Origin: Felis catus
Taxonomy: Eukaryota
Length of the DNA: 64,000 nucleotides
Assembly (NCBI RefSeq): GCF_018350175.1
Contig: NC_058368.1
Location: forward strand, 37,450,001-37,514,000
Direction of reading: 5' to 3'
Positions within the stretch are counted from its first letter, which is position 1, and every line of letters starts with the position of its first letter. The notes under the pieces were generated by a model. The model worked only from the letters and a program-made list of their open reading frames with translations, had not been told where the DNA came from and searched no databases. Below, piece after piece: positions 23,890 through 36,639 of this stretch. The position numbers and the translations under genes are program-made.

Positions 23890-24381
23890 ATATTCATTTT
23901 CTGTTTTTACTGTAACAAGTCACCACAGATTAGTGCCTTAAAAAGAGGAATTTATTATCCTGTAGCTCTTTAGGTCAGTTTGACATGAGTCTCACTAGGC
24001 TAAACTTAAGGTGTTGGTGGGGCTGAGTTTCTTTCTGGGGGCTATACGTGAAAATCTGTCTTTTCCAGATTTAGAGGCCGCCTACATTCCTTGACTCATG
24101 GCACTTTTCCCTCCTGTTGCAAGCCAGTGTCATTTCACTGCTCTGACCATTGTTTCGCAGTCACATTGCCTTCTCTCTAATACAGCCAGGGAGTTTCTCT
24201 ACTTTTATAGACCCATGTGAGTATATTGGGTCCCCCTTCATAACCTACAGATATCTTCTCTCCTCAAGGCCCTTAGCTTTAATTACATCCAAAAAGTCTT
24301 ATCTACCATGTAAGGTGACATATTCACAGCTGTAGGAGTTTAGGATGTGCACATCTTTTGGGGACCATTCTCCCCACCACA
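23890..24381 (-). mobile_element. MaLR LTR (MLT1C/D-like)
   Basis: ctgtaacaagtcaccacagattagtgccttaaa...aaggtgacatattcacagctgtaggagtttaggatgtgcacatctttt...ccaccaca. Confidence 0.8.
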
Positions 24382-24391
24382 ATATTTAAAT

Positions 24392-24570
24392 CAGTAGTTC
24401 TCAATATAAATTTGTTAATGTCTAATATTTTTCAAAATGTGGAAACCTAGACTCACACTGTTTACATCACCTGAGAACCTATTGAATCAAAGACTATAGA
24501 GGTGGGTCCAGCAAACTCTGTTTCTAAGCCTTCCAGGTGTTTCTAATATACAATAAAGTTTGAGAACATT
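24392..24570. mobile_element. MER5-like hAT remnant
   Basis: cagtagttctcaa ... ttccaggtgtttctaatatacaataaagtttgagaaca. Confidence 0.65.
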
Positions 24571-25369
24571 CTAAACTATCCTTATACTTAGCAAGCTTCC
24601 AGGAGTTAGCTGCATGAGTTTGAGGTAATCCAATTATTTTTCAACAGGAAGCACTACAGCTGGGTAGCAATCCTAGGAATCAGAGAAGGTCAGTGTACAA
24701 GTGCTTATTAAAGCTGGATGTCTGAGTATCCCTGTTATCATTATATTTTCAGAGACTGTTGGAAACAACTGAAAAAGTCATCATCTCCAATTGCAGCTTA
24801 GAGAGTTGTTGAAGGTAGGCTTTCAAAGAGGAGGGAGATAAAAATAATATATTCCATAAATTGCATTTTAAATCTATTTCAGAAGAAAATGCTTTCCTGA
24901 AGCTGGTGACTAGTATTATGAATTAGAGTAGTTTGAAGAAGCCATTTCTCCTTTTAATCCATTTCTATTTTCCACTCTATAACCAACCACTTGAGTGTTC
25001 ATTCATGTCAATGCTAAGACTGTCACCAAGTGGGCAGTATATAGAGGCTATGGGGCAGTCACTGCCCTTAAAAAACTGAAAATATTGAATGGAAGGTACG
25101 ACTAATACCTAATGAAAGACAGCATTTTAAGACAGTATTCTGCAGCGTATAATTATCTCAGATAAAATGTTTACTTGGTAATATAGTTGAAGTGTTTGTC
25201 ATAACCTGAGATCTCACAAATATTTCCAGAATTTAATACCTTTGTGAAATTCTCTGCTAGATAGGGGTAAATGCTTTAAGTGAATCCAGCTGATGTGCGA
25301 GACTTACAACTCACTCAAATGCCATCTTTACTTTTATTTCTACTTCTACGATCCTGTAGATAATTTTGC

Positions 25370-25630
25370 ATATCTACCTTTGCATAGGAAAACAACCCCT
25401 GACAGCTGTGACCTGGCCTAGCACTAGCAGCTTGGCCTCGAAGTTGTCAGCCAGAGGTCCGGCTGTCATAGTCCCCTGGCGAACATAATTTCATAGAACA
25501 CTAATATCAGACAAGGCAACGCCGACTGCAAGGGGTCAAGACAAAAAAACAGAAGAGCCTTGTAAGCATATCCAAGCAGAGAGGAAAGCAACAATTATGT
25601 CCAAACCATAAAATTGATCATCCATTCTCC
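25370..25630 (+). mobile_element. LTR41-like ERVL LTR fragment
   Basis: aatttcatagaacactaatatcagacaaggc...tcaagacaaaaa...tgtccaaaccataaaattgatca resembles the recalled LTR41. Confidence 0.6.
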
Positions 25631-26287
25631 TATACTGTATGGCTATGACGGGGAGTATAATTTAGCTATAAAATCTAGACTACTGCCATTTAGGAAAGGC
25701 CAAGTAGTTTTACTTTGAATAAAATTTCTCTACTTACGTATTCCCTAATCTGTCCTATCTTTGTGTGACAAAAATCTAAAATATCTCATTGAATGGGTAC
25801 AGGTTATTTAGACCTGAAAAAGACCTAGACATAAAATTAATGTCCTAACCAATCTTTGTCATAGTCATTGTTTTGTGCATCAGATCCCAGTGACAAGGTC
25901 TTTAATCAATAGGAGAAATGGTCAGGTCAAAGTGTAAAGACACATTTTCAACTCAATTGACATATGGCACATTGAATTGATTGCTAAACTCAACATGGGT
26001 TCTAATACACAGCATACTTTGTTGCATTGCCAGAATGTAGTACATAGATCTATAGATTTGGGTCAAAAATGTTGCACAGTCACATACTAAACCATTGCAC
26101 ATATAAATGCTATCTGATTTTTCTGTTTCCCCTTTAAATAATGTTTTCTCTTTTTATCTGTCATCTATCTTCTATGCATTTTCTACCTGTAAAGTTTGTA
26201 TGTACACACATGTATTTAATGTCAGTTTATAGTTCTGTCTTTTCATATTGGGAGTCATCGTATAACAAAAACACAGATACATTTAAA

Positions 26288-26498
26288 TTTTTTTTTTCAA
26301 CATTTATTTATTTTTGGGACAGAGAGAGACAGAGCATGAACGGGGGAGGGGCAGAGAGAGAGGGAGACACAGAATCGGAAACAGGCTCCAGGCTCTGAGC
26401 CATCAGCCCAGAGCCCGACGCGGGGCTCGAACTCACGGACCGCGAGATCGTGACCTGGCTGAAGTCGGAAGCTTAACCGACTGCGCCACCCAGGCGCC
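26288..26498 (-). mobile_element. Very young feline Can-SINE (SINEC_Fc)
   Basis: Essentially consensus with CpGs intact; exact 22-bp TSD caaaaacacagatacatttaaa (26266-26287, 26499-26520). Confidence 0.98.
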
Positions 26499-26659
26499 CA
26501 AAAACACAGATACATTTAAAGGTTATATGTTTTCAAATGTGCATCATTTATTTTGCTGGGTGATTTTTTCTTAGTTAATTGAATGAAACAGAGATAACAA
26601 ATGTTTACATTCTTTTTAAGTTGTTTGTATTTTCTTTGTATATAATTGTTTCCCTTAGT

Positions 26660-26867
26660 AAATTTAATGTTTATTTATTTTTGAGAGAGAGAGACAGAAC
26701 ATGAGCTGGGGAGGGGCAGAAAGAGAGGGAGACACAGAATCCCAAGCAGGCTCCAGGCTCTGGGCTGTCAGCACAGAGCCCAACTCGGGGCTCAAATCCA
26801 CGAGCCAGGAGATCATGACCTGAGCCGACGTCAGCCACTTGACCAACTGAACCACTCAGGCACCCCC
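26660..26867 (-). mobile_element. Can-SINE
   Basis: Antisense body ending caggcacccccc. Confidence 0.92.
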
Positions 26868-27688
26868 CTTACTATATTTAAATGCAACTTTCTATCGACT
26901 TGTATGCATATATGCATGTAGGCACACATATGCATGTATATGTTTATACATCTATACATAACATTTATTTTACAGTTCATATGTATCTTCCCATAAGCAT
27001 AAATCATGTCTTTGTTCAATCTCATTTTGGTAATGTATATGAAATTCTGAGACATTTGAGTATTAGGTCTTTCTTATCACTAATGTTTCTTATTTTGTTG
27101 GTCTGAGCTTTTCTCTGTTATAGAACAGCGTACATTGGGGAGAATATTCTCCATTCTTTGTCAATAATATATTCCAGAAATGGGCTACCTGTTTTATTAC
27201 CTTGCTCACTTGGCCCTGCGTTTAGTCTCCAGAGCTAAAGTGAACTATATGATTCTAATATATGCTGATGGCCATTATAATGACCAAAATTGAGAAAGCT
27301 AATCGGGGAGAATTAAGTCAGTATACAGAGAGAAATAAAAACAGGAGTGGAGACAAGTGCTAGATTGTAGTATAAATTATAGTTCTCAATACACTTAAGG
27401 TTAAGTTGTATACTTGTCTTTCCTACAGTTCAGTTACAGGAAACAATATATTCTTCTCTATCCCTAAGCTGTGTTGAGCTGATTTTCCATCACAATTAAT
27501 TTTTGTGAGAAATTGATTTGCATTTCAGAGGCATCTCTAGTTTTGTGGGAATTAAAGTGAAAAAAATATTAAGGACACTCTACTATGTGGAAAGTACTCT
27601 TCTAGACATAATATCTCATAATTTTTAATATTTGTGTGTTTGCATGCATGAATACAAACATATTTATTTTTCATAGTGTGTAGCTGTC

Positions 27689-27691
<3 letters not shown>

Positions 27692-27722
<31 letters not shown>
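27692..27722. repeat. (CA)n microsatellite
   Basis: Seen directly. Confidence 0.95.
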
Positions 27723-27724
<2 letters not shown>

Positions 27725-28304
27725 TAGGGGAAAAGCCACAATAAATTTAGGACTGAAAGTAGACTTGACAAAAGCTACAGGGATTCAGAGGGGTGACTCA
27801 TACTCAACAAAGACACAGTGAACTGTTCTCAGTCCTGGGCAGCAGGGAGGAAGTAGTGATCAGGATATTCTGACCCTCACAAGCCATTGGCATTTCCAAG
27901 GACTGAAATTCCTGGGTGGGCGGCTAAAATCTTACTTGATTTGCATGACCAGAAAATCTCTAGATTTGATGAACAGAGATCTGACCTGAATCACCGCAAT
28001 AACAAGTTACAGGCCCACAAACAAGTTCAGACTTAACCAAGTTCACGACCTGAGAGTACCTTGAAATAAAGAAATGATGGCGCCACTTGAGGAAGCATCC
28101 TGCTTATAGATTGAAACATTCTGCATTTCTCCCCAACCTTCTCTAAAGGGACATATAACCATTTACTAGGGTGACTATGCATTGGGGAAAAGAAGGGGAT
28201 AATGAGATATTTTGGATATTGCTATATGTATTGCTCTGAGCTGACAATTATTAGTGACACTGTCATGGTCCATAGTCATTCTAGGGCCTTAGGGAGGTTA
28301 TGTG

Positions 28305-28530
28305 GTTTTTAAATTTTTTTTTTAAATGTGCATATATTTTTTAGAGAGAGAAAGAGAGACATAGCACAAGTGGGTGAGGGGCAGAGAGAGAGGTAGACAT
28401 AGTATATGAAGCAGGCTCCAGGCTCTGAGCTTTCATCAGAAGACCCCGACATGGGGCTCGAACTCATGAACTGTGAGATTGTGAACTGAACCTAAGTCAG
28501 ACCCTTAATTGATGGAGTCACCCAGGTACC
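28305..28530 (-). mobile_element. Can-SINE inserted in ERV-L
   Basis: Antisense copy; TSD ggaggttat. Confidence 0.9.
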
Positions 28531-29670
28531 TTTGGAGGTTATATTGTGAACAGAGTTTTGGCTTGAGCCCTTCTCACAGTCGCCCCAGTGGGCGATGAAT
28601 CCTCTGTGTGATTATCTTTCCAGTCCAGAATGCCTAATAGGGATAGACATACTTAGTAACTTACAGAATGCAGTATTCCCGACCTATGGAGTGAGGAATA
28701 TGATGTTAGAGTCAGACAAATGGAGCCACCAGAAATTCCTCTCAACTACAAACATATTAAAATATATACCACATTACTGGAGGGATTGCAGAGATTAGTG
28801 CCACCATTAAAAACCTGAAAGATGTGGGGATAATGATTACTACCACATACTCATTCACTTACCTATTTGGTCTCTGTAGAAGACAGAAATTTTAGATACT
28901 AGTTGTAAAATTAAGTGGGTCTTTATTCTCATTACGATTGCTCTTCCAGATGTGATTTCATTGCTGGAACAGATCAACACTTCTGCTGGGGCCTGGTAAG
29001 TGGCTATTCATCTGGCAAATGTTTTTGTTTGTTTGTTTATTCTTGTTCGTTAAAAGATACCGGAAGCTATTTTCTTCCAGCTGCTAAGGCCAGCAGTACA
29101 ACCTCTCTGTCCTCCACTGGGGCTGTCTCAACTGTCCATTCTTGGTTGCCTGTCTTTGCTACAGGACATCATGCTCCCCTATTACATTGATTATAACATG
29201 TTCTTTTCACCTAATAGCAAAAAGTAGCATATATTTTAGAATCAGTTGTAAGGTAAATGTATGCAGATGAGCGGGAAATAAATCTCATAAAATTTTAGGG
29301 GTCTTTCACCCAGGTAAAATATCGTGGGGTCCAGTTGTTCAAGACATGGAGATCTATTTCTTAAATGGACACATTTCTGCATCTGACACCTTGTACTACA
29401 AGAAAAAGAGACAGTGCTTAGTGGGCCTTTTGGATATCTCTGCCCCATTTACCAAGTAATCCTTGTTGCCAGTTTTGAACAGGAATTAGAACAATAAACA
29501 GTATGGTGATCCATAAAAACTATTCTGCCACTTGGGCATATGGCCCAGAAGATGCAGTTTTCCTTGAAGTATTTTTGGCAAAATAGGAATATTACCTGGA
29601 CCTTTGGGCTGCTCCCTAGAAATTTGTAGTAATGTATGCCTTACTCAGCAGATAATAATTCTCTTTTTGA

Positions 29671-29890
29671 GGGGCACTTGGGTGGCTCAGTTGGTTGAGT
29701 GTCCGACTTCAACTCAGGTCATGATCTCGCAGTCTGTGGGTTCGAGCCCTGTGTAAGGCTCTGTGCTGACAGCTCAGAGCCTGGAACCTGCTTCCGATTC
29801 TGTGTCTCCCTCTCTCTCTACCCCTCCCCTGTTCACACTCTGTCTCTATCTCTCTCTAAAGTAAATAAACATTTAAAAAATAAAAAAAAA
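29671..29890 (+). mobile_element. Can-SINE inserted in ERV-L
   Basis: Sense copy; TSD aataattct(c/t)..ttttga. Confidence 0.93.
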
Positions 29891-30212
29891 TAATTCTTCT
29901 TTTGAAAAATGGTTTCTGACTATCTTCAGGGCTTGAGGAAGGGCAGAACACTTGACCATACAACCTAAAATTACCATGTGTCCTGACATCATGAATTGGG
30001 TGTTCTGTGACCTACCCATCCTTAAAGGCAGATATGCACAGTAATATTCCACGATCAAACGGAAATGGTAGATACAAGATTGGTCTTGAGTAGGTCCTAA
30101 AGTCTTAAGTAGGTGGCATGATTTGTGGCCCAGATGTCCATGGCCCATTCTTCTACTATATTGCCTCTGTCTTATCAATCTACACCCGTGAGCTCAGTGG
30201 AATTTAGTTGAA

Positions 30213-30555
30213 TATTGGGGGACAATTCTCCATGGCTCTCCAGTATTTCCATACACCTTTTGAAAAACGGCACTGACTAGTTTTTCAAAGGATGTTTATA
30301 GAGCATAGAGCCTTGGAAGATAAAGGCTATCCATCATGTGCAGGTAGCAACTAATCCCATTTGAATCACTTTTTGGGAATTGGGGTTCAGAGAACCTGCA
30401 CAAATGCAGGTACTCTGGCTACTACCATTTTTGTGACTAATAACTCATTTACCTCTGACCTAGTATACTGACATTTCTCTCCACTATGTATCAAAGTGTG
30501 GGAGACTAACTTGTGAGCTTACAACCAGAGTAAAACTTCAGATCCTTCGTAGTTA
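30213..30555 (+). mobile_element. LTR40-like ERVL LTR
   Basis: ttgggggacaattctccatgg...ggcactgact...tttcaaaggatgtttatagagcatagagccttggaagata resembles the recalled LTR40 start. Confidence 0.7.
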
Positions 30556-31299
30556 ATGAGAGATTTTGCATTGACAATAAAGTGCTCCCAGAGACATGGC
30601 TTTGTGAAAGACAAAGGATGGAAGCCTTGTGAGCATGTGCAAGGAATATGAAAATTCTCATTCAGAGCCATTAGCAAATATTCTCACCTAAGTGGTGAGT
30701 GAGTGGGAATGTTCACCAGGGAGTGAGTGGGAGTGTTGATAAGGGTTCCCCACTTTGCCACTGTTAATGAATGTTTCAAGGAAGAACAGTGAGAGGAAAA
30801 GGTTGCCCAAATGGTGTTTTGATCGTTGCACACTCTCCTTCAGGCAGGAAGGAGGAGGTATGTTATTATGACAACAGGGAAGTAAGTCCTGCAACCCCAG
30901 ATTAAGCACAATGTGGCTATACCAGTTGAATCGAGACGTCCCCAAAGCTGAAATACATGGCGTGAGGAATGAAGATATAGAGCTTTAGGGGAATTGAAAA
31001 CATGAGAGGTTGGTTTGATTGAGCTGTGTGGGCAGCTTCTTACAACAGAAATTAAATGTAATGCCTTGTTGACTGGCATGAAGTGTTTCTCTCCCTTCAC
31101 ACCCTCTTTCCCTCCTACCCACTCTTACTGATGTTTGCTACTTTAAGGAGGAAGATGCTTAAAAGTGAGGCCAAGGTTCACAGTTAGACTGTTTTCGGTT
31201 ATGTTAGCTATAATACTATCATGTTATGTGGAATCAGGCTTTGGCTTTTGTCTTCATTTTGAGGTTGTGTATGGATGGCTGTGTATGTATGGATGCCAA

Positions 31300-31918
31300 G
31301 ATGGATTTGTTTTGTGTCAGTGTAGCTCAACTGCAACAGAACTTCCTTCCTCATATGTAGCTTCTCTCAGATTGGTTATAAGAAATCTGCACAGTATTTG
31401 GAAGGTGGAAATTTAAACAGCGGCCATTTTTATGCTTGGGAATCAAAGTTTAGCCACTGTTGCAACTCATGTATGCTATGGTCAGTCAGCTGACACTCGA
31501 TGTTGGTACATGGTGGCAGGTCCTCCAGCCTCATCTAGGTCACTATTTTCTGCCTCTCGGACTACTGGACCAGTTGAAACGTCACCATTTTCTCCTGCAG
31601 GTCACTCAGACCTTTGAAGTTGGAAGCTTAGATATATGGTGGGAGGCTAATGTGGGTTTCATTTTATCCTTGTGAGTTCCAACTAGTAGCATGGGTTCCA
31701 GTTTGTGCTGCGTTTTCTCTGCCTTTCATGCATCTTCCTTCCCAAATGCCTGCACTGCAGATGCAGTTGCTACCCAGTGCTGGACCAGACATCAAGTCAA
31801 CAGAATTACATAAACTGCTTATCTAATTAACTATTTTAGGTCAAATTTATATAATAATCCCCTTAGTTGACATCACTTTTAGTAGTTCTCCTTCTCTAAT
31901 CAAATTATGACCCAATCA
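31300..31918 (+). mobile_element. MLT2-type LTR, probable 3' LTR of the ERV-L
   Basis: Follows ERV-L 3' leader-like text (ggatgccaag..); starts ttttgtgtcagtgtagct; ends ggtcaaatttatataataatcc...gttctccttctctaatcaaattatgacccaatca. Confidence 0.65.
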
Positions 31919-31962
31919 AAGGAAGAGAAAAGAAATGATACTCTCAGTAGATGTATTTTATC

Positions 31963-32004
31963 GTGTGTGTGTGTGTGTGTATGTGTGTGTGTGTGTGTGT
32001 GTGT
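31963..32004. repeat. (TG)n microsatellite
   Basis: Seen directly. Confidence 0.95.
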
Positions 32005-32118
32005 AAGAGTTAGTAGTTAGTAGATATGGCAAAGGACTACCTTAATTTGTTAAGGAGTATTTCTAAAATATCTCCACTAAATACCGTACATAACAGTGAA
32101 AGATTGAAAGTGTTCATC

Positions 32119-32328
32119 TTTTTTTTAAGTTGTATGTATGTATGTATTTTGAGAGAGAGAGAGCGCGCACAAGAGGGGAGGGGCAGAGAGAGGGGGAGAG
32201 GATTTCAAGCAGGCTCTGTGCCCTCAGAGCAGAGCGCAATGTGGAGCTCAAGCTCACTAACTGTGAGATCATGACTTGAGCTGAAACCAAGAGTCAGATG
32301 ATTAACCGACTGAGCCACCCAGGCTCCC
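32119..32328 (-). mobile_element. Can-SINE
   Basis: Antisense copy; TSD tgaaagt(g/a)ttcatctt. Confidence 0.92.
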
Positions 32329-32765
32329 TGAAAGTATTCATCTTAAGATCAGAAATAAGGCAAGTGTGCTTACTATTACCACTCCTGTTTATTATATTAC
32401 TATAAATTCTAGCTTGCATAATAAGGCAGGAAAATATAAATTATAAGATTTAGAAAAGGAAAAAATAAAATGCTCCTTGTTTGGAAATGACTTAGAGTAT
32501 ATGTAGAGAATCCAAGATAATCTAGAAATAAACTGTTACAGTTGAAGAGGATAAAATTTCCAGGGAACTGTATGCCAGGCCAATTAAAAATATGATTATA
32601 TTTTTACAAATTGGCAATGAAAATTCAAACATGAAATTTAAGGATTGATAGCATTTTAGTAGTAGTAAATAACTTCATTTACTTAAAAATAAAACTAATG
32701 AGATATTTGCAAAACCTCTATATTAAAATGAATACAAGAATTTTATAATATTTATATATGAGTGT

Positions 32766-33154
32766 TTATTAGTCTACTTGGGTTGCCATAACAAAATACA
32801 ACAGACTGGGTGACTTAACTGACAAACATTTATTTTCTCACAGTTCTGGAGGCCAGAGTCTAAGCCCAAAGTGCCAGGGATGGTTTCTGGGTGAAACCTC
32901 TCTTTCTGGTGTGAATATGGCCACCTTTTTGAGGTGTCATCACCACATCTGTGGCATAGAGGCAGAGAGAAAGATGTCTTTCTCTCACTTTCTTTTCTTA
33001 CAAGGATGTCGACCCCATGGAATTATAGCCCCACTCTTTTGGTTTCATTTCACTTTAATTGCCTCCTTAAAGGCCCTATGTCCAAATACAGTCACATTTG
33101 GGGATTCGGACTTCAATATATGAATTTTGAGGAGACATAGTTCAGTCCACAACA
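32766..33154 (-). mobile_element. MaLR LTR (MLT1A/B-like)
   Basis: tattagtctacttgggttgccataacaaaatacaacagactgggtgactt...ttcagtccacaaca. Confidence 0.88.
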
Positions 33155-33294
33155 GACTGTTTATTTTTATACTATTTACAGTAGCCAAAAACAGGAGACA
33201 GCCCAAGTAACCACCAACAGTAAAATCGATAATTGTATTTTGTTTTCCTTCTTAGTATGGACTATGGGGCAACAATAAATAAGAAAGAAATTTT

Positions 33295-33515
33295 GGGGCA
33301 CCTGAGTAGCTTAGTCGGTTAAGCATCCGACTTCGGCTCAGGTCATGATCTCACAGTTCGTGGGGCTCGAACCCACAATTCGTCAGGCTCTGTGCTGACA
33401 GCTCAGCACCTGGAGCCTGCTTTGGATTCTGTGCCTCCCTCTCTCTCTCTCTTTGCCACTCCCTTGCTCATACTCTGTCTCTCAAAAATAAATAAACATT
33501 AAAAAAATTTTTAAA
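33295..33515 (+). mobile_element. Can-SINE with inverted B-box loop
   Basis: Sense copy; TSD aagaa(a)gaaatttt. Confidence 0.92.
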
Positions 33516-33837
33516 AAGAAGAAATTTTGCTACCCAAAGTATGAATATTACAAGCCTACTTAACAGATACTAATTAGTACAGAATATAGGTTTCCATGTA
33601 TAAATAGACAAAAATAATCTGTCATGATAGAAGGCAGTATACCAGTTACCTTTGTAGGAGATACAGTAACTAAAGGAGATTAAGCCAAGTATGGAATGTT
33701 GGAAATGTCATGTTTCATCACCTGTGCTGTGATTACACAAATGTGTTTATTTGGTTAACATTCGTTCAGCTGTATGCTCATGATTTTTTAATCTTTTTGA
33801 TACCCGTGGTGAAATGTATTTCAATAAAAAGTTACTT

Positions 33838-33901
33838 TATCTATCTATCTACCTATCTATATCTATATCTATATCTATATCTATATCTATATCTATATAT
33901 C

Positions 33902-33935
<34 letters not shown>

Positions 33936-34160
33936 ATGTCTGTCTGTCTGTCTGTCTCTATCTATCTATCTATCATTTATCATCTTGTTTATTTTAGAGA
34001 CAGAGAGACCACAAGAGGGAAAGAGGGGCAGAGGGACAGCAAGAGAGAATCTTAAGCAGGCTCCACACTGAGTGTGGGGCTCAATCCCACAACCCTGGGA
34101 TCATGATCTAAGCTGACATCAGGAGTCAGAAGCTCAACAGACTGAGCCACCAGGTGCCCC
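33838..34160 (-). mobile_element. Can-SINE whose tail expanded into (TATC)n/(TATATC)n
   Basis: Microsatellite 33838-33973 then antisense SINE; TSD taaaaagtta. Confidence 0.88.
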
Positions 34161-34333
34161 AGTAAAAAGTTATCTTAAAACGAACACTAAAAATTAGGGA
34201 AATCTCACTCTTAGAGGCACTAGTTCTGTTGTCATTGAAATTTTGGTTTTAAGTGAGCCAAGTTACTAATAAAATAAAATCTCTGCCTGAAAGCTTACAC
34301 AATGAGTACATCAATTAAAAACAAATAAAAGCA

Positions 34334-34535
34334 GGGCACAGGGGTGGCGCAGTTGGTTAAATGACTAGCTCTTGATTTCAGCTCAGGTCATGATCTCACA
34401 GTTGGTGGGACTGAACCCCGTGTTGGGCTCCACTCTGACACACAGAGCCTGCTTGGGATCCTCTCTCTCCCCCTCTCACGACCACTCTCTTGCTCATGCT
34501 CTCTCTCTCAAATAAATAAATAAACATTAAAAAAA
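34334..34535 (+). mobile_element. Can-SINE
   Basis: gggcacaggggtggcgcagttggttaa head, A tail. Confidence 0.9.
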
Positions 34536-36539
34536 CAAAAGCAAGAGAAGTTTTATTTATTATTATTATTTTTTAAAACAAAAACTTTAGTTTTATCATC
34601 CCCTACTGTCTCACTTAGGATGCTTCCCAGTACATTCTTCTTACTTATGTATATTCTTGCCTTGTTTACAATCCTTTTATAAAAAATGTCCTCTGTCTCC
34701 AAACTGCAATAGTATATTCTGTTATTCAAGAAATGCTTAATTTCCTGTATCATGTGTTTTTAAAAAATTATTATGGAAAGTGTTCTTGCTCTGCATCCAT
34801 GTTTTACAGAAGCCTTTTAACGTCATCTCTGCCCAAAGAGGACATTCACATCTCTCTGGGACACTTACTGGTTTTGTTTGATAGTCTAGGTGTTTTAAAT
34901 GTGCCTTATATCTTTAATCATAGGCTGTATAAAACAAAAATATGAGCACATAGTAATGTTTGGAAGAAAGAAAAGAGCTGAGTAAGAGTTGTTAAAGTAA
35001 ATTAGTTAAATTTTGAATATAAATTAACTTCGTTAAAATTAGGATAGAAAAAGTTTCCCAGGAAATGAAGCAGAAGGAAGATAAATTTTAATTGGGGGTT
35101 TCTATTGATAGTTTTTAAATATGTGGCAGCATTTTTTGAATGGTCTAGTGGACCATAGACCTCTTAGAAGGATTCTCTGAAGTACAGAAATGTAGAAGTG
35201 AGAAAATGCTGAATATAACCTGGCCAGATAGATGCACACTTATTTTTGGAGCTTTCTTTGTTTCCACCTAATTCCACTTTGTATATTGCCCAAAATGATT
35301 AAGTCAGATTTGTTTGTTTAATCTTTTAAAGCATGTGTCAAATTTATTTTATCAGAATTACTTATAGTAAAAGAAAGATTCAGCGAGGTTAATGTAATGC
35401 TATATTAATACAGAAACTTGTCTAGCTCTGCAGATTGGTTGTTAATCACTTTTTTTCAAATGTCATACCTACATTAAATGAGAATGTTTATGTGTTCTTT
35501 GCTTACTAAATAAGGATAAATAGGATATTTCCTAACTTTTAAACACATGGGACTCAAAGTTTAAAAGGTATTTCCAGAGTTACTGGAGAAACAGTCTAAT
35601 GCACTAAAAAAATACTTCTGACTAATAAAAAAATACTTCTGACTAATAAGAAAATTTCAAAAACCCTAGTACTTTGTGCCTAAGGTCCTTATTGTTAAGA
35701 GCACTGAACATTTTGTAAAGTAGTAATCCTGAGATAATGTATCTCAATGAGGCTCCCAAGTGATTTTAAGAATCTCATTAATCAAAATAATATTTCTAGG
35801 GGCATTTTCTCATGAAAGAAATATAAACTATTTTTCAGAGGTATGGGGTAGAAGAAAAGCTTATCCCTTTTTCTAATTTGCAATTTCTCATGAACTCTTC
35901 AAAATCTGAATAGTCCTGATACTCAATGTAATACGGAACTACCTGTAAATTTCGTTTTCGTCTCTGTTGCCCCTGACAGTAGTAATGTAATATTTGGATG
36001 TATATTTTTGGTTTAGATTCATCATAACTCCCCGAATAGTTTTCTGCCATTTGCATCATTTTACCTGTTCTCATTTCACGTGTCTTGTTTAATAATGCTG
36101 GCTATTTTTGCGCACATGGAGTCTCGTGTACAACCATATGTAAAACAGACTGAAAACACAGAATAATTTAATCCAAGTGGTGCAGTCTTAACAGACACCA
36201 ACTCTTCTTTAACGTTAGCATCTTCTTTAATGTAAGAGAAAGCTTCTGAGAGAATTGGCAGAGGAAGTGCATGTGCATCTATCAAAGGAAAAGTCTTTTA
36301 AAGTCCAACTAGAGAATGATCTGATCACCATTTAACAAGCTCTGTACCATATTCACAAAATAAAGTATAGTTTGAACAAAAGAGAGAAAGACAGGACATC
36401 TCCAGGGATTTGATATATGAACATACTTTCAGCTTTAGCAAATGAGTGGAAGATATTTTACAGGATTCCCTGGATTGCAACTCGAAGTGTTTGCAAAGGG
36501 GCAATCATCAGGATTGAAGAGGCTGGAGGAGGAACTGGT

Positions 36540-36639
36540 GGGGGCGGGGCCTATTTTTTTTTCCTCGGACTCCGCTTCTTAATTAGTAGAGATGAATCCT
36601 GGAGACAAGCCTGTTTGGCAGCTCAGAGCGGAGGTGAGT
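36540..36639 (+). promoter_or_regulatory. Candidate promoter/first exon: GC box, ATG and 5' splice donor
   Basis: GGGGCGGGGC 36541-36550; ATG 36592; GAG|GTGAGT at 36633/36634; motif evidence only. Confidence 0.35.

Larger units (their letters stand above)
27780..30205 (+). pseudogene. Decayed ERV-L internal region (gag 3' end, protease, reverse transcriptase)
   Basis: PFTRVTMHWGK (~28160); PECLIGIDILSNLQN (ERV-L PECIIGIDILSxWQN); AEISATIKNLKDVG; PDVISLLEQINT; QDIMLPYYIDY at 29183-29194 replacing the RT YIDD motif; many stops and frameshifts. Confidence 0.92.
32025..33830 (+). mobile_element. Old L1 (L1ME-like) ORF2/3'UTR fragments, interrupted
   Basis: taagatcagaaataaggcaagtgtgcttactattaccactcctg; tatgtagagaatccaaga; 3' end ...tatttcaataaaaag. 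Confidence 0.7.

Noticed and set aside
24753..24814. Exon-like segment TTTTCAG|...GAAG|GTAGGC
   Set aside because: Stops in all three frames and no other support; at most non-coding
35835..36285. Two adjacent - strand ORFs (69 and 79 aa) suggesting a pseudogene
   Set aside because: No recognisable protein similarity or domain motifs
36590..36636. SECIS-like ATGA...AA...GA pattern
   Set aside because: Helix II pairing is poor and there is no upstream selenoprotein CDS
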